64,000 bases of DNA from contig CAWBNO010000029.1 in NCBI GenBank assembly GCA_963790095.1, forward strand, positions 12,418 to 76,417, given 5' to 3'. Shown here piece after piece: positions 18,608 to 28,347 of this stretch. A program made the position numbers and the translations under genes. The first letter of the stretch is position 1. Every line of letters begins with the position of its first letter. This DNA comes from an uncultured delta proteobacterium (GTDB taxonomy: Bacteria; Desulfobacterota; Desulfobacteria; Desulfobacterales; UBA11574). Under the pieces are notes generated by a model. That model was not told where the DNA came from and did no database searches. It saw nothing but the letters and a program-made list of their open reading frames with translations.

Positions 18608-19120
18608 TTATTCATACTGATCTAAAATTTTGTTCACTTGATCGTAAGAAATGTGACCATGCATGTCTTCATTGATTTTGATCACCGGTCCAAGGCTGCA
18701 ACAACCGATACACCGCACCGTTTCTAAGGTAAAACGCTGGTCCTCGGTCGTTTCCCCGTCACAGAGGTTCAAGGCCCCCTCAATTTTTTCGCGAACTCTT
18801 TCCCCGCCTCTAACATGGCAGGCCGTACCGAGACAGATCGATATGATATTTCTGCCTCTGGGCTCAAGGCTGAACGTGCTGTAAAATGTCGCCACACCGT
18901 AAATCTGGCTGTAGGGTACGTCAAGTTTGGTGGAAAGATAAGCGAGGGCCGGCCGGGGTAGAAAGTTGTAACGCCGTTGTATCGCCTGAAGAATCATAAT
19001 CAGATTTTCTTTGTCGTTATTAAATTCATTGGCGATGATATTATCAAGTTCCATATAATCGACTTCTATGGATGGAACACTTTCAAACTGAACGCTGTTA
19101 ATCTGAGCTGCCTGACTCAT
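18608..19120 (-). CDS. NuoE/HydC(BfuC)-like [2Fe-2S] subunit
   Basis: VATFYSTF, CLGTACHVRG, RCIGCCSLGP. Confidence 0.93.
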   Translation of the reverse strand: MSQAAQINSVQFESVPSIEVDYMELDNIIANEFNNDKENLIMILQAIQRRYNFLPRPALAYLSTKLDVPYSQIYGVATFYSTFSLEPRGRNIISICLGTACHVRGGERVREKIEGALNLCDGETTEDQRFTLETVRCIGCCSLGPVIKINEDMHGHISYDQVNKILDQYE

Positions 19121-19166
19121 ATGCTCACCCTCCCTAATGAAACAAGATGAATTGGCATGAATTATG

Positions 19167-19568
19167 TTAAGCTTTAACCTGATTTTTGGGCATCGGTATG
19201 TTTACAACCGGACAGTTTTCAACGCAGTTCCCACAGCCCGTGCAGAGATCCATATCGATACTACGCGCCCGTTTTTTAACCTTTACTTTAAAGTTTCCGG
19301 CGGATCCCTCCACAGACTCCAGATCCGCGTATGTGATGACTTCAATATTCAGGTGCCGGCCGACCTCGACCAGTTTGGGAGAGATAATTCACATGGCACA
19401 ATCATTGGTGGGGAAAGTTTTGTCCAGTTGAGCCATAACCCCGCCAATGGAAGGGGATTTTTCGACGAGATAGACATAATATCCCGAGTTGGCAAGATCC
19501 AGAGCAGATTGCATCCCGGCAATCCCTCCACCTAAAACCAGAACCGATCCGATTACATCTTTGGGCAT
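19167..19568 (-). CDS. stand-alone HdrA N-terminal fragment, selenoprotein (133 aa; UGA 19389-19391)
   Basis: AGGAGG RBS; [26 protein letters not shown]...[19 protein letters not shown]...[18 protein letters not shown]; not in the ORF track. Confidence 0.88.
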
Positions 19569-19837
19569 CGTTCTATCCTCCTTGGAAAAAGAGCAATTTT
19601 AGGGCGATATGTTGAAAAGTAACGATTCCGTTACGTTAGATTGAACCAAAGAGTTTAACTATACAGTATTATGAGGTTTGTCAATAAATTTCTAAGGTTT
19701 GTTGGGGCATGCTAATGGAGATTTTTTTAAAAAGATATGCTCTTTTTAAATGGGAGTGCAAAGGGAAAGCCGGTTGCCATAATTGAATGGGTGGAAACAA
19801 TACGAGATCGTCGTGGGGAGCAAATTTGAATTAATAA

Positions 19838-19870
19838 GAATCTCCCAACCAAAAGGGGGTTGGGAGATTC
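19838..19870 (-). terminator. terminator-like hairpin after the response regulator
   Basis: GAATCTCCCAACC / GGTTGGGAGATTC stem with a T-rich tail on the minus strand. Confidence 0.65.
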
Positions 19871-19878
19871 CTTTGGAC

Positions 19879-21111
19879 TTAAGCGGCAAGACGGAAAGCT
19901 TTTTCAGTTGCGTTGCGGATTTCGTCAGGTGTAAACGGTTTGGCAAGGTAATCGACAGCCCCCAGCCGTGAGGTTTCCACTGCCGTCTCGATACTGGCAT
20001 AACCGGTAATGATAATGACCATGGTGTCCGGTCTCCGGTCACGAATCGCTTTTAGAAGCTCCAGATCTTTAACTTCGGGAATTTTCAGGTCCAACAAAAC
20101 AAGGGTGTAAGCGCTTTCTTCTATTTTCTCAAGTGCCTCGGTTTTGGTGAATGCCTGATCCACACCAAAACCTTTTTTGGAAAGTATTTTCCGGATATTA
20201 TTGTTAACCGCGACTTCGTCATCAATCACCAGAATTCCCGCCGGAACGGTTTCTCTCGGAATCTCTATGACGTCTGCCAGACGTTCGGGCACTTTTGTCA
20301 TCATCCGTGCAACGTTCTGCTTGAGTTCTTCATAGGGCATAAAAGCAACCCCTTCGTGATGCATGTTCAAAACATATTCAGGACCGGTTATTGAAACCGT
20401 TTCTTCGTAGTTAAACGGAGAATCGATGCCGATCAGTTTTTCACTGTCAAACCCTTTCCCTTTGGCAGCCTTTCTCTTTTTAGCCTTTAGCTGGGGACAT
20501 TCTCCGGTCTTGTTCCCACCCTTACACGTCGCCCCGAGCTTTTTGAAAATATCACAGACCATATTCCCCAATGCACAGTAGTTTTCAAGGGTTTCCGGTG
20601 CTGCTTCCACCACCGGCATATCCGAAGGACCCAGCCTGTCCACAAAGTCCTCACCGGTATATTTTGCCACATCTTCTCTGTCAAAGGGGATATCCACATC
20701 AATGATCTCTCTTTCCTTCTCCGTTGTCACCGCTTCGGTTAAATCTCCGGACAGGGCCAGTCCAACCGTAGATCTCAACTCATCGGGAGTGAAAGGTTTG
20801 GAAAGATAGTCCAGAGCCCCGAGCCGTATGGCTTTAACCGCCGTATCTGTGGATGCATAGGCGGTCATCATTATCGCTTTGGTCAGGGGCCATTCCTTTT
20901 TAACCAGTTTCAGAAACTCAAGACCATTCATCTCGGGCATAACGATATCCGAAATAAGAAGCGAAAACGAATCTTTGGCCATTTTTTCCAGGGCCTCTTT
21001 GGCGCTGGTTGCCCGAATGACCTCGTAATCGTTTTTGGAAAGAATTTTTTCCACATTTTGGCAGATCTGTTTTTCATCATCGACCACCATAATTTTTGCT
21101 GCTGTTCCCAT
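19879..21111 (-). CDS. tandem receiver-domain protein with a Cys-rich linker
   Basis: two REC domains (VVDDE..SDIVMP; VIDDE..LDLKIP) separated by a linker with four Cys; no output domain. Confidence 0.85.
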   Translation of the reverse strand: MGTAAKIMVVDDEKQICQNVEKILSKNDYEVIRATSAKEALEKMAKDSFSLLISDIVMPEMNGLEFLKLVKKEWPLTKAIMMTAYASTDTAVKAIRLGALDYLSKPFTPDELRSTVGLALSGDLTEAVTTEKEREIIDVDIPFDREDVAKYTGEDFVDRLGPSDMPVVEAAPETLENYCALGNMVCDIFKKLGATCKGGNKTGECPQLKAKKRKAAKGKGFDSEKLIGIDSPFNYEETVSITGPEYVLNMHHEGVAFMPYEELKQNVARMMTKVPERLADVIEIPRETVPAGILVIDDEVAVNNNIRKILSKKGFGVDQAFTKTEALEKIEESAYTLVLLDLKIPEVKDLELLKAIRDRRPDTMVIIITGYASIETAVETSRLGAVDYLAKPFTPDEIRNATEKAFRLAA

Positions 21112-21195
21112 TTTTTCCTCCTTAAAATGAACTACATCTGTTATTTTTTATGTAAATTTATGTTTCATGGTATAACGCATCTTACCCGAAATCTA

Positions 21196-21212
21196 TGCAT
21201 GTTGCGTGCCAG
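21196..21212 (-). promoter_or_regulatory. sigma54 (-24/-12) promoter
   Basis: CTGGCACGCAACATGCA = TGGCAC, GG-N10-GC, about 85 bp upstream of the ATG at 21111 and next to a bEBP gene. Confidence 0.7.
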
Positions 21213-21284
21213 AATAGGTCCTGAACGTCAACGGGCTGTTTTTGTTCAATATAAATCAAAGGAATGCTTGGGTCGAAACGGATG

Positions 21285-21498
21285 TGTATAAAAAAAATAT
21301 ACGCATCTTCGTTGGACATGAGATCAGGTTTGCGTGGGAAGTGAATTTGGAATTTATGTTGAGCGTCAAAAGAAAAACGATACAACCTATTGATAATATA
21401 TATATAAATTATTCTTGCAAAGAAACTTCAAGGGGTGGAAGGAGGCCCTTTCAGGATGCTGCAATGAAAATATATGGCTTGTATAAAAAAAATATACA
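21285..21498. promoter_or_regulatory. pair of candidate upstream activator sites
   Basis: TGTATAAAAAAAATATAC repeated exactly at 21285 and 21480 (GTATA..TATAC dyad). Confidence 0.55.
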
Positions 21499-21511
21499 CC
21501 GTATAAATATT

Positions 21512-21701
21512 GACGGTTTCGTAAAAAGTCTTTTGTGAGCGACATCGAGCAATTTTGGAGAAAGATTCATGACGCGTCTGGTGTTAAAAATTGCAAGCTG
21601 TTTGAGGGTGTTAGCCCGAGTTCTTGCAATTTAGCCAGGCGAGTCATGAATCCCAAAATTGCTTGCGGAGCAAGCAAAATCAGATTTTTTACGAGTTCAT
21701 C
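21512..21701. mobile_element. MITE-like palindromic element, long form
   Basis: ends GACGGTTTCGTAAAAAGTC / GATTTTTTACGAGTTCATC, AAATATT direct repeat on both flanks, internal long dyad; related copy at 37346-37410. Confidence 0.8.
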
Positions 21702-21715
21702 AAATATTCGATGGT

Positions 21716-23143
21716 TCACGAATCTGCCCGGGGGTGTCGGGGAATTTTAATATGATGTTTTTTGATTAACGATTGAAAGTTGGTTCTTTGCAGCCCTACT
21801 TTTTCTGCTGCACGGGTGACGTTCCAATGGTTTTTCATCAACGCATTCATGACAAAATTCTTTTCAACTTTGGCAACCGCTTTCTGCCGGATCTCTTTTT
21901 TGATTCTTTTAAGTTCATCGTTGGTTGAAGGAATATGGTCGATGAGCTGTTCGATATCCGCGACGTCCCCCCCTATCGGAAGATCTTTGAGCGTAATTTG
22001 ATCCCCCTCGCACAGTATGACGGCCCTTTCGATGACATTTCTCAATTGTCTGACGTTCCCCGGCCAATCATATTCCGTTAATTGCGTAACAGCCGTGTCC
22101 TCGAATCCGGAAATCCTTTTGCCAAAGCTTTGGTTGAACTGTTTTAAGAAATGGTAGGATATGGGTAAAATATCCGTTTTCCTCTCCCTGAGCGGAGGGA
22201 CCATAATCGGATATACAAAAATTCGATAATAAAAGTCTTCTCTGAAGAAACCTTGGGCCACCATGTCTTTGAGGTCCTTATTGGTGGCAAAAATCAATCG
22301 GACATCCACTTTTTGATTCACCGTGCTTCCCAGGGGCAAAAATTCGCGGTTTTCCAAAAACCGAAGCAGTTTGCTTTGAACGTTGATACTGATGTTGCTG
22401 ATTTCATCCAGGAATACGGTCCCGCCATCCGCCATCTTGAATATGCCTTCTTTGGAGTTATGCGCCCCGGTAAAAGCGCCCTTGGCGTGACCAAACAACT
22501 CGCTTTCCAGAAGGTTATCCGACAAGGTTCCACAATCTACCGCAAAAAACACCTTGTCTTTTCTGGAACTGTTGGCATGGACCGCCCTTGAAATCAATTC
22601 TTTTCCGGTTCCGCTTTCTCCGTAGACAAGGACCGTCGAATTGGTGGGGGCAACCTTTTGTACCATGGAAACAACCTTTTTTATTTTAGGACTGTCTCCG
22701 ATGAGCTGATGGGAAAATGATTTGAGCTGGACTTTTTTCTGCATAAGCCGCCGGTTTTGAAGCAACGTCTCTCTTTCCACAAGAGACTGACGGACAACGG
22801 AACGCAATTCGTGGGGCGTAAACGGTTTTGGGAGATAGTCAAATGCCCCCATCTTCATCACTTCCACAGCCGAAGAGACACTGGCATAGCCGGTAATTAC
22901 AACGACCATGGTTTCCGGATAGGTCTCTTTTAGACGCCGCAAAACCTCCATTCCCCCCAGTTTGCTCATTTTCAGATCAGTGACCACCACATCAAACGGT
23001 TCCGCTTCCAACATCTTCAGCGCATCATAACCATTAAGGGCGTACTTGACTTCATAGTCCATCTTGGTCAGTATTTTTACGCAATTCCTACAGATGGCCG
23101 GTTCATCATCGACGATGAGGATGCAGGGATCATGGATTGCCAT
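21716..23143 (-). CDS. sigma54-dependent response regulator (NtrC family)
   Basis: REC, GESGTGKE, GAFTGA, FLDEI, WPGNVRQL, Fis-type HTH. Confidence 0.93.
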   Translation of the reverse strand: MAIHDPCILIVDDEPAICRNCVKILTKMDYEVKYALNGYDALKMLEAEPFDVVVTDLKMSKLGGMEVLRRLKETYPETMVVVITGYASVSSAVEVMKMGAFDYLPKPFTPHELRSVVRQSLVERETLLQNRRLMQKKVQLKSFSHQLIGDSPKIKKVVSMVQKVAPTNSTVLVYGESGTGKELISRAVHANSSRKDKVFFAVDCGTLSDNLLESELFGHAKGAFTGAHNSKEGIFKMADGGTVFLDEISNISINVQSKLLRFLENREFLPLGSTVNQKVDVRLIFATNKDLKDMVAQGFFREDFYYRIFVYPIMVPPLRERKTDILPISYHFLKQFNQSFGKRISGFEDTAVTQLTEYDWPGNVRQLRNVIERAVILCEGDQITLKDLPIGGDVADIEQLIDHIPSTNDELKRIKKEIRQKAVAKVEKNFVMNALMKNHWNVTRAAEKVGLQRTNFQSLIKKHHIKIPRHPRADS

Positions 23144-24608
23144 CTTGTTTTCCTTGGTTTTGGGGAAGTCTTATGGTAATGGTTGATCCTTGGTTCTTTT
23201 CGCTTTTGACATCTATCGTCCCGCCGTGTTGACCGATAATGCCATGGGTAATGGCCAATCCAAGCCCGGTTCCGCTGTCCTTGGTGGTAAAAAAAGGTTC
23301 AAAAATTTTATCTGCATTCTCTTCGGGAATCCCCTTGCCGGTATCGCTTATGGCAATTTCAACAACTTTATCCTGTGGAACAAATTGCGTTGAAATCGTG
23401 ATGGTCCCTCCAGAATCCGTTGCGTCTATGGCGTTGAGAATGAGATTGATCACCGCCTGTTGTATCTGATCTTTATCCATCAGCACCGTGGGCATGTCAT
23501 CGGAAAGGTTCGGTACCAGGGTTAAATCATTGAATGTCGCCTGTTTTCGAGTCAATTTGATACATTCATCAACAATTTTGTTGATATGGTACTGCTTTTT
23601 GGCGGGTTTTGTCTGGCGAGCAAAATCGAGAAGACTGGTAACGATCTTGCGACAGCGGAGGGTTTCATTGGCGATGATTTCCAACTCCTCTTGAATGGGG
23701 TCGTCCGGGGCCATATCCTCCTGGATCAACATGGTGCTGGTTAGAATTGTGGTCAAAGGGTTATTGATTTCATGGGCCACACCGGCGGACAACCGGCCGA
23801 TGGAGGCCAGTTTGTCCTGTTTCATCATTGCCTGCCGTGCATTGATATCAGCCGTAATATCCCGGGACAGCTCAATGGCGCCGATCACTTGGCCATTTTC
23901 AAACAGAGGATATGCAGAGATGGAATAATAGATATTGTTATTGTTCTTGTCTTTGTGGATATGGGTTTCCTTGGAAGATTTATGTGTCTTGAGGGTTTGC
24001 ACAAGGGGGCATTGATGATTCTCACCGGAACAGGGTGTATTTTGCCGGTGGGTAATTTCATAGCAATACCGACCGATGACCTCTTCCTTCTCCAGTCCCA
24101 ATTTTTTCAGCAGGGTTTCATTGATATCCAGAACCCGGTAGTCAGCACCAATGATCAGAATGTCTTCCTGAATAAGCTCATTGATGAGAATGTCATTCAT
24201 GGCCCTGTTTCGGTGGTATTCCCTAATTTTTCTTCTCATGGCAATTTTTTCAAAGGCTCTTATCAGGGCCAATTCCAATGCATCATCGCTGATGGGTTTT
24301 GTGATAAAATCGGTGGCTTCAAATTTCAAACTTTTTATGGCCAGATCCAAATCCCCATGGCCGGTGAGCATGATGACCTCTGTTTCCGGTTTTTCGTGTT
24401 TAATTTTTCGAAGAAGCTGGATACCGTCAATACCGGGCATTTTAATGTCGGTGATGACCACCGGGATGTCGAAATTTTTGAAAATGTTCAGGGCATCCGC
24501 TCCATTTTCGGCGGTAAGAACTTTATAGCCGATATCAGACAAAGAAATATTCAGAACCTCACGGATATCCGGTTCATCATCCACCAGTAAAATTGTTTTT
24601 TCCATCAT
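23130..24608 (-). CDS. hybrid REC-PAS histidine kinase
   Basis: N-terminal REC, Cys-containing PAS, AHEINNPL, N/G1/F/G2 boxes. Confidence 0.9.
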   Translation of the reverse strand: MMEKTILLVDDEPDIREVLNISLSDIGYKVLTAENGADALNIFKNFDIPVVITDIKMPGIDGIQLLRKIKHEKPETEVIMLTGHGDLDLAIKSLKFEATDFITKPISDDALELALIRAFEKIAMRRKIREYHRNRAMNDILINELIQEDILIIGADYRVLDINETLLKKLGLEKEEVIGRYCYEITHRQNTPCSGENHQCPLVQTLKTHKSSKETHIHKDKNNNNIYYSISAYPLFENGQVIGAIELSRDITADINARQAMMKQDKLASIGRLSAGVAHEINNPLTTILTSTMLIQEDMAPDDPIQEELEIIANETLRCRKIVTSLLDFARQTKPAKKQYHINKIVDECIKLTRKQATFNDLTLVPNLSDDMPTVLMDKDQIQQAVINLILNAIDATDSGGTITISTQFVPQDKVVEIAISDTGKGIPEENADKIFEPFFTTKDSGTGLGLAITHGIIGQHGGTIDVKSEKNQGSTITIRLPQNQGKQDGNP

Positions 24609-26881
24609 TCCACATCCTTTACAGGAAAAGTTATACTAAAACAGGTTTCTCCTTTGTCATTGGTCGCCGCTTTTATGTCTCCGCCGCAGTCTTTAATGAT
24701 ACCATAACTGATGGAAAGGCCGAGGCCGGTCCCTTTCCCGACTTCTTTTGTGGTGAAAAACGGCTCAAATATCTTGTCTGATTTATCTTCAGGAAGCCCT
24801 GCCCCTGTATCGGTGATTTCGACAACCACCGTTTTACCCGCGAGTTTGGTTTTGAGGGTGATCTTTTTGGTGTCCAAGGGCGGCTCGGAAGACGCCCATT
24901 TTTCCTCAATGGCGTCCCTGGCATTTAAAATAAGGTTGATAAAAACCTGTTCCAAGCGGCTGGGATCTGCCATGACCCGCGGGAGTGTTTTATCGATATC
25001 CCAGACCACCTCGATTCCCCTAGCTTTGAGTTGCTGGCTGAAAATTTCAAAAGCCCTCCCCAGCACTTCATTGACCTGAACCTTACCCAGAACCACATCT
25101 GATTTTCGGGCGAATTGTCTCATGTGATTGATTATTTTGGCCGAACGGTCAACATTGTGGTCGATCATCTCAAGCATGTTGTAAAGAAGATTCTTGTCGA
25201 TGGGACTGTCTTGATCTAATTTTTTTATAAAGAAATTACTCGCCGTTTTAATGACCGAGAGCGGTTGATTCAATTCGTGGGCAATGCCGGTGGCCATTTC
25301 TCCCAGGGTTGCCATTTTACCGGCATGAATGAGTTGATGTTCGGCGTCAAGCCGTTTGGTAATATCGCTGGTGGTAACAAGCAGCACTTTTTGTCCCAAA
25401 TACTCCGACGGTGAAATCCGAATGGCCACAAAAAGTGTCTTGCCGTCTTTATTGACATGTTTCGCTTGGTTTACATAAGCAGATGTCATTATTTTAAACG
25501 CATAATGGTCTCTTTCCTCATCGAGGAATAAATCCAGAAAGGATTTTTTTGCCATCTCATCCTTCGCGTATCCGTAAACATGGGTGACACTTTTATTACA
25601 GTCGAGTATTTCAAGGGTATTCACGTCCAGTACAAAGACGGCGTTGGGGATATTGTTGAAAATGGCGTAATATTTTTTCTCTGATTTCTCAAGCCGCTCT
25701 TCAAGTTGCTTCATTCGGGTGATGTCAAGGCAAACTTCCATGACAGCGACGATTTCGCCCTTTGCGTCCAAAATTGGCGACGTTCTGGCAAGCCAAAAGG
25801 TTCTCGTCCCGTCTTTACTCAAGCCGGTTTCTTCACCGTAATGGGACAGGCCGTCTTTGAATGTTTTTTCAACCGGGCAGATCTTACATTTTTCTTCGCG
25901 CTGTTTATAAACACAATAGCAAAAATCATTGGGATTGGGATTGAACGTCTCTGCAAACTCTTTATTGAAACCGATCAGCTTATAGTCTTTGTCCTGAATC
26001 GTAATCAGACAGGGTACAAGCTCGAACAGGTTCTGGTATTCATCCCTCTGTTTTTTCAACGCAGCCTGCTTTTCGGCAATTCGTGTGCCCATCTTGTTTA
26101 TGGCCGCAAACAGTTGGCCCATTTCATCGTTCTGATCGATGCCGATATCGTTTGAATACTCCCCTTTGGCAATAAGATCGGCGGTGCTGATCAGCTTCTT
26201 AATGGGCTGATTCACAAATTTTAACACAAAGATGAAAATAATTGCGGAGGTGAACAGAAAGGCAAAAACAGCCAGAACGATGATACCGTTTTCGAGAAAA
26301 GATATTTCTTCATCTGTTTCTTTTAGGGAAACAACGACATCGAGGGCACCCAGTATTTTCTTCCCCTCGGGGTGCACATGACAGGAGTCCGACGAACAGC
26401 CGGTATTGTTGCGGATCGGACTGATAATCCCCAGGAGGCGGTGGCCTTGTGAAGAATGAAATATTCGTGCCTTCTGTCCCAGGCTGAGCTCAGACAGAGG
26501 GGGATCCGACCGGTGGCAGACATCACAGGCCTCTGCTTTTATGTTGGTGGTCACCTCGAGTTCCAAAGGCCGGTTTGAAAATTTTATCTGTCCTTTTTTA
26601 TTGTAGATACGAACGGTGTCGATCTCTTTCTGTTTGCTGATGTTGTTGATGATATGGTTAATATCATCCCTGGAGTTGATCATCATCGCATAATGGGCGC
26701 CGAGGATAATGGTATTGCCCAATCGGTCGGTTCCCTCCATAATATCTTTCATGACCTTTTTCGTCTGATATTTAATGTTGAAGTAGGCCCATGTTGATAT
26801 GCTAAGGAGTAAGGTCAGACCCACGGAAAGGATGAGTTTTGAGACCAGGTTAATACGAAGATGTTTGAACAATTTGAACAT
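24605..26881 (-). CDS. membrane sensor histidine kinase with heme-c motifs, HAMP and two PAS domains
   Basis: 2 TM; periplasmic CDVCH and CSSDSCH; AHELNQPL; GKGTGLGL. Confidence 0.9.
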   Translation of the reverse strand: MFKLFKHLRINLVSKLILSVGLTLLLSISTWAYFNIKYQTKKVMKDIMEGTDRLGNTIILGAHYAMMINSRDDINHIINNISKQKEIDTVRIYNKKGQIKFSNRPLELEVTTNIKAEACDVCHRSDPPLSELSLGQKARIFHSSQGHRLLGIISPIRNNTGCSSDSCHVHPEGKKILGALDVVVSLKETDEEISFLENGIIVLAVFAFLFTSAIIFIFVLKFVNQPIKKLISTADLIAKGEYSNDIGIDQNDEMGQLFAAINKMGTRIAEKQAALKKQRDEYQNLFELVPCLITIQDKDYKLIGFNKEFAETFNPNPNDFCYCVYKQREEKCKICPVEKTFKDGLSHYGEETGLSKDGTRTFWLARTSPILDAKGEIVAVMEVCLDITRMKQLEERLEKSEKKYYAIFNNIPNAVFVLDVNTLEILDCNKSVTHVYGYAKDEMAKKSFLDLFLDEERDHYAFKIMTSAYVNQAKHVNKDGKTLFVAIRISPSEYLGQKVLLVTTSDITKRLDAEHQLIHAGKMATLGEMATGIAHELNQPLSVIKTASNFFIKKLDQDSPIDKNLLYNMLEMIDHNVDRSAKIINHMRQFARKSDVVLGKVQVNEVLGRAFEIFSQQLKARGIEVVWDIDKTLPRVMADPSRLEQVFINLILNARDAIEEKWASSEPPLDTKKITLKTKLAGKTVVVEITDTGAGLPEDKSDKIFEPFFTTKEVGKGTGLGLSISYGIIKDCGGDIKAATNDKGETCFSITFPVKDVE

Positions 26882-27175
26882 GGTTTAACGTTTGTTAACC
26901 CCTTTTCTGTTTCGGTCGATGGGAGTTATACGTTTAACTGCAAGCGCAACTTCCGCCCATTTGAAATTTTACAGGGTTCACATGGTCAAGATATTTATTA
27001 TCATTACAATATGATTTTTTCAACAACTGGTCATGACTTTCCGGTAAAACGGTCTTTTTAAAGGATCCCTTGGCATAAAACCGGTTGTTTTTTCTTTAAT
27101 GTTGCGAATTTTTTTGTTAGGTTCTATTATTTTAAAATCAGAATCGCGCTTAAACATTAATTTAGGGGGATTGCC

Positions 27176-27829
27176 ATGGGACCAGGAGACTCCGACATCG
27201 GGGGCAAATTTAATACAACGTCGGGAAACGACCCGTATGACGAAGAATATTCACCCTTGAAAACGAAAAAAACGGGAAAGTTCAGATCCAATCTATTTAA
27301 AAAACCCGATGGAATCCCGCTGTCCAGATTCGGAATCGGATTTTTGATTCTGGCCATACTCTTGATTCTGCTGTTTTTCAGAAGCGGAAGTTCCACAGAA
27401 GAAAGCAGAATCCTGGCCTTAGAAAACCGGATGACGAAGCTTGAAGAAAGCATCGCCAAATTTGAAGCGATCGATGACAGAGTTGCCCAGATCTGGGAGC
27501 AGGCCCAAACTTTTGAACAATTCAAAGAGCGTTTCCAACGTTCCGAAGCATCTCTGATATTAAGAATGGATCATATGACCAAAAATATAGACAGCCTGAA
27601 AAAACAGATGGACAAATCCAGCGCCCGGAAGGCTATTCCTTCAACAACGACAACCGTATCCAAGAAAACCGATAAAAAGCGATTTCACACCGTTAAGCCT
27701 GGAGAAACATTGTATAAAATCGGTCGTCAGTATGGATTGACGGTGGAAAAAATGCGCCGCCTCAACAAACTGGCCGACGACGCCGTCATTCATCCCGGGC
27801 AAAAACTTTTGGTTAGCGTTAGCCCTTGA
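27176..27829 (+). CDS. membrane-anchored coiled-coil LysM protein
   Basis: TM helix, coiled coil, HTVKPGETLYKIGRQYG..IHPGQKL. Confidence 0.88.
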   Translation: MGPGDSDIGGKFNTTSGNDPYDEEYSPLKTKKTGKFRSNLFKKPDGIPLSRFGIGFLILAILLILLFFRSGSSTEESRILALENRMTKLEESIAKFEAIDDRVAQIWEQAQTFEQFKERFQRSEASLILRMDHMTKNIDSLKKQMDKSSARKAIPSTTTTVSKKTDKKRFHTVKPGETLYKIGRQYGLTVEKMRRLNKLADDAVIHPGQKLLVSVSP

Positions 27830-27847
27830 AAAACGAATCAATGCTTC

Positions 27848-27925
27848 GAGATCTTTAAAAGAGGAATCGGCGTCCCATTTCACGGGGCAGAAATTGGGAA
27901 AGAAGCTGCGTTTTGCAAAGGTCTC
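27848..27925. mobile_element. degenerate MITE-like element, 78 bp
   Basis: right end TTTTGCAAAGGTCTC, degenerate left end GAGATCTTTAAAA, GCTTC direct repeat on both flanks. Confidence 0.5.
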
Positions 27926-28100
27926 GCTTCACGGGGAAAGAGGGTCTGTATACATCGGCGAAACCGTTTTGAGTTTAAAGGGCGGATAAAATAAAGGCAG
28001 GGTCCTTTGACGCTGCCTTAAAAATTTAATGATTTGCAGTGGATCGTTTATAAACCAACCAGATACATCAGGGCACCAAGGAAATTTTCATGCCGTATTT

Positions 28101-28298
28101 CTAGTCGCCGAACACTTTGTTTTTATCAGAAATTTTATATCCCAATGCCAAAATAATCTTTCGCTGTGTCTCCATCCGGCAAGGCATTCCATTCTCAATC
28201 CGCGTAATGGTAATGGGGGATATGTTGGCCTTTCTGGCAAGTTCGGCCTTGCTCATCATAAGAGATTCTCTAATTTTTTTTAAGGTGTTTTTGCTCAT
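28101..28298 (-). CDS. XRE-family HTH protein
   Basis: MSKNTLKKIRESLMMSKAELARKANISPITITRIENG; start set by alignment with 2718-2915. Confidence 0.88.
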   Translation of the reverse strand: MSKNTLKKIRESLMMSKAELARKANISPITITRIENGMPCRMETQRKIILALGYKISDKNKVFGD

Positions 28299-28347
28299 TT
28301 GGCTGAATTTCACAGGAACATTCTTCATCAGAGTTATTTTTAACAAT

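Noticed and set aside
11624-19391. fdh, mvhD and hdrA' as nonsense-broken pseudogenes
   Set aside because: Each UGA sits at a conserved Cys/Sec position with in-frame conserved sequence after it; selenocysteine is the simpler reading.
19658-19684. sigma70 promoter for the hdr-fdh operon (TTGACA..TATAGT, minus strand)
   Set aside because: Spacer is only 15 bp; plausible but not supported well enough to list.
23772-24590. long antisense ORFs (also 10100-10621, 17839-18357, 19164-19535, 37967-38611, 57955-58578)
   Set aside because: They fully overlap well-supported genes on the opposite strand and have no recognisable motifs.
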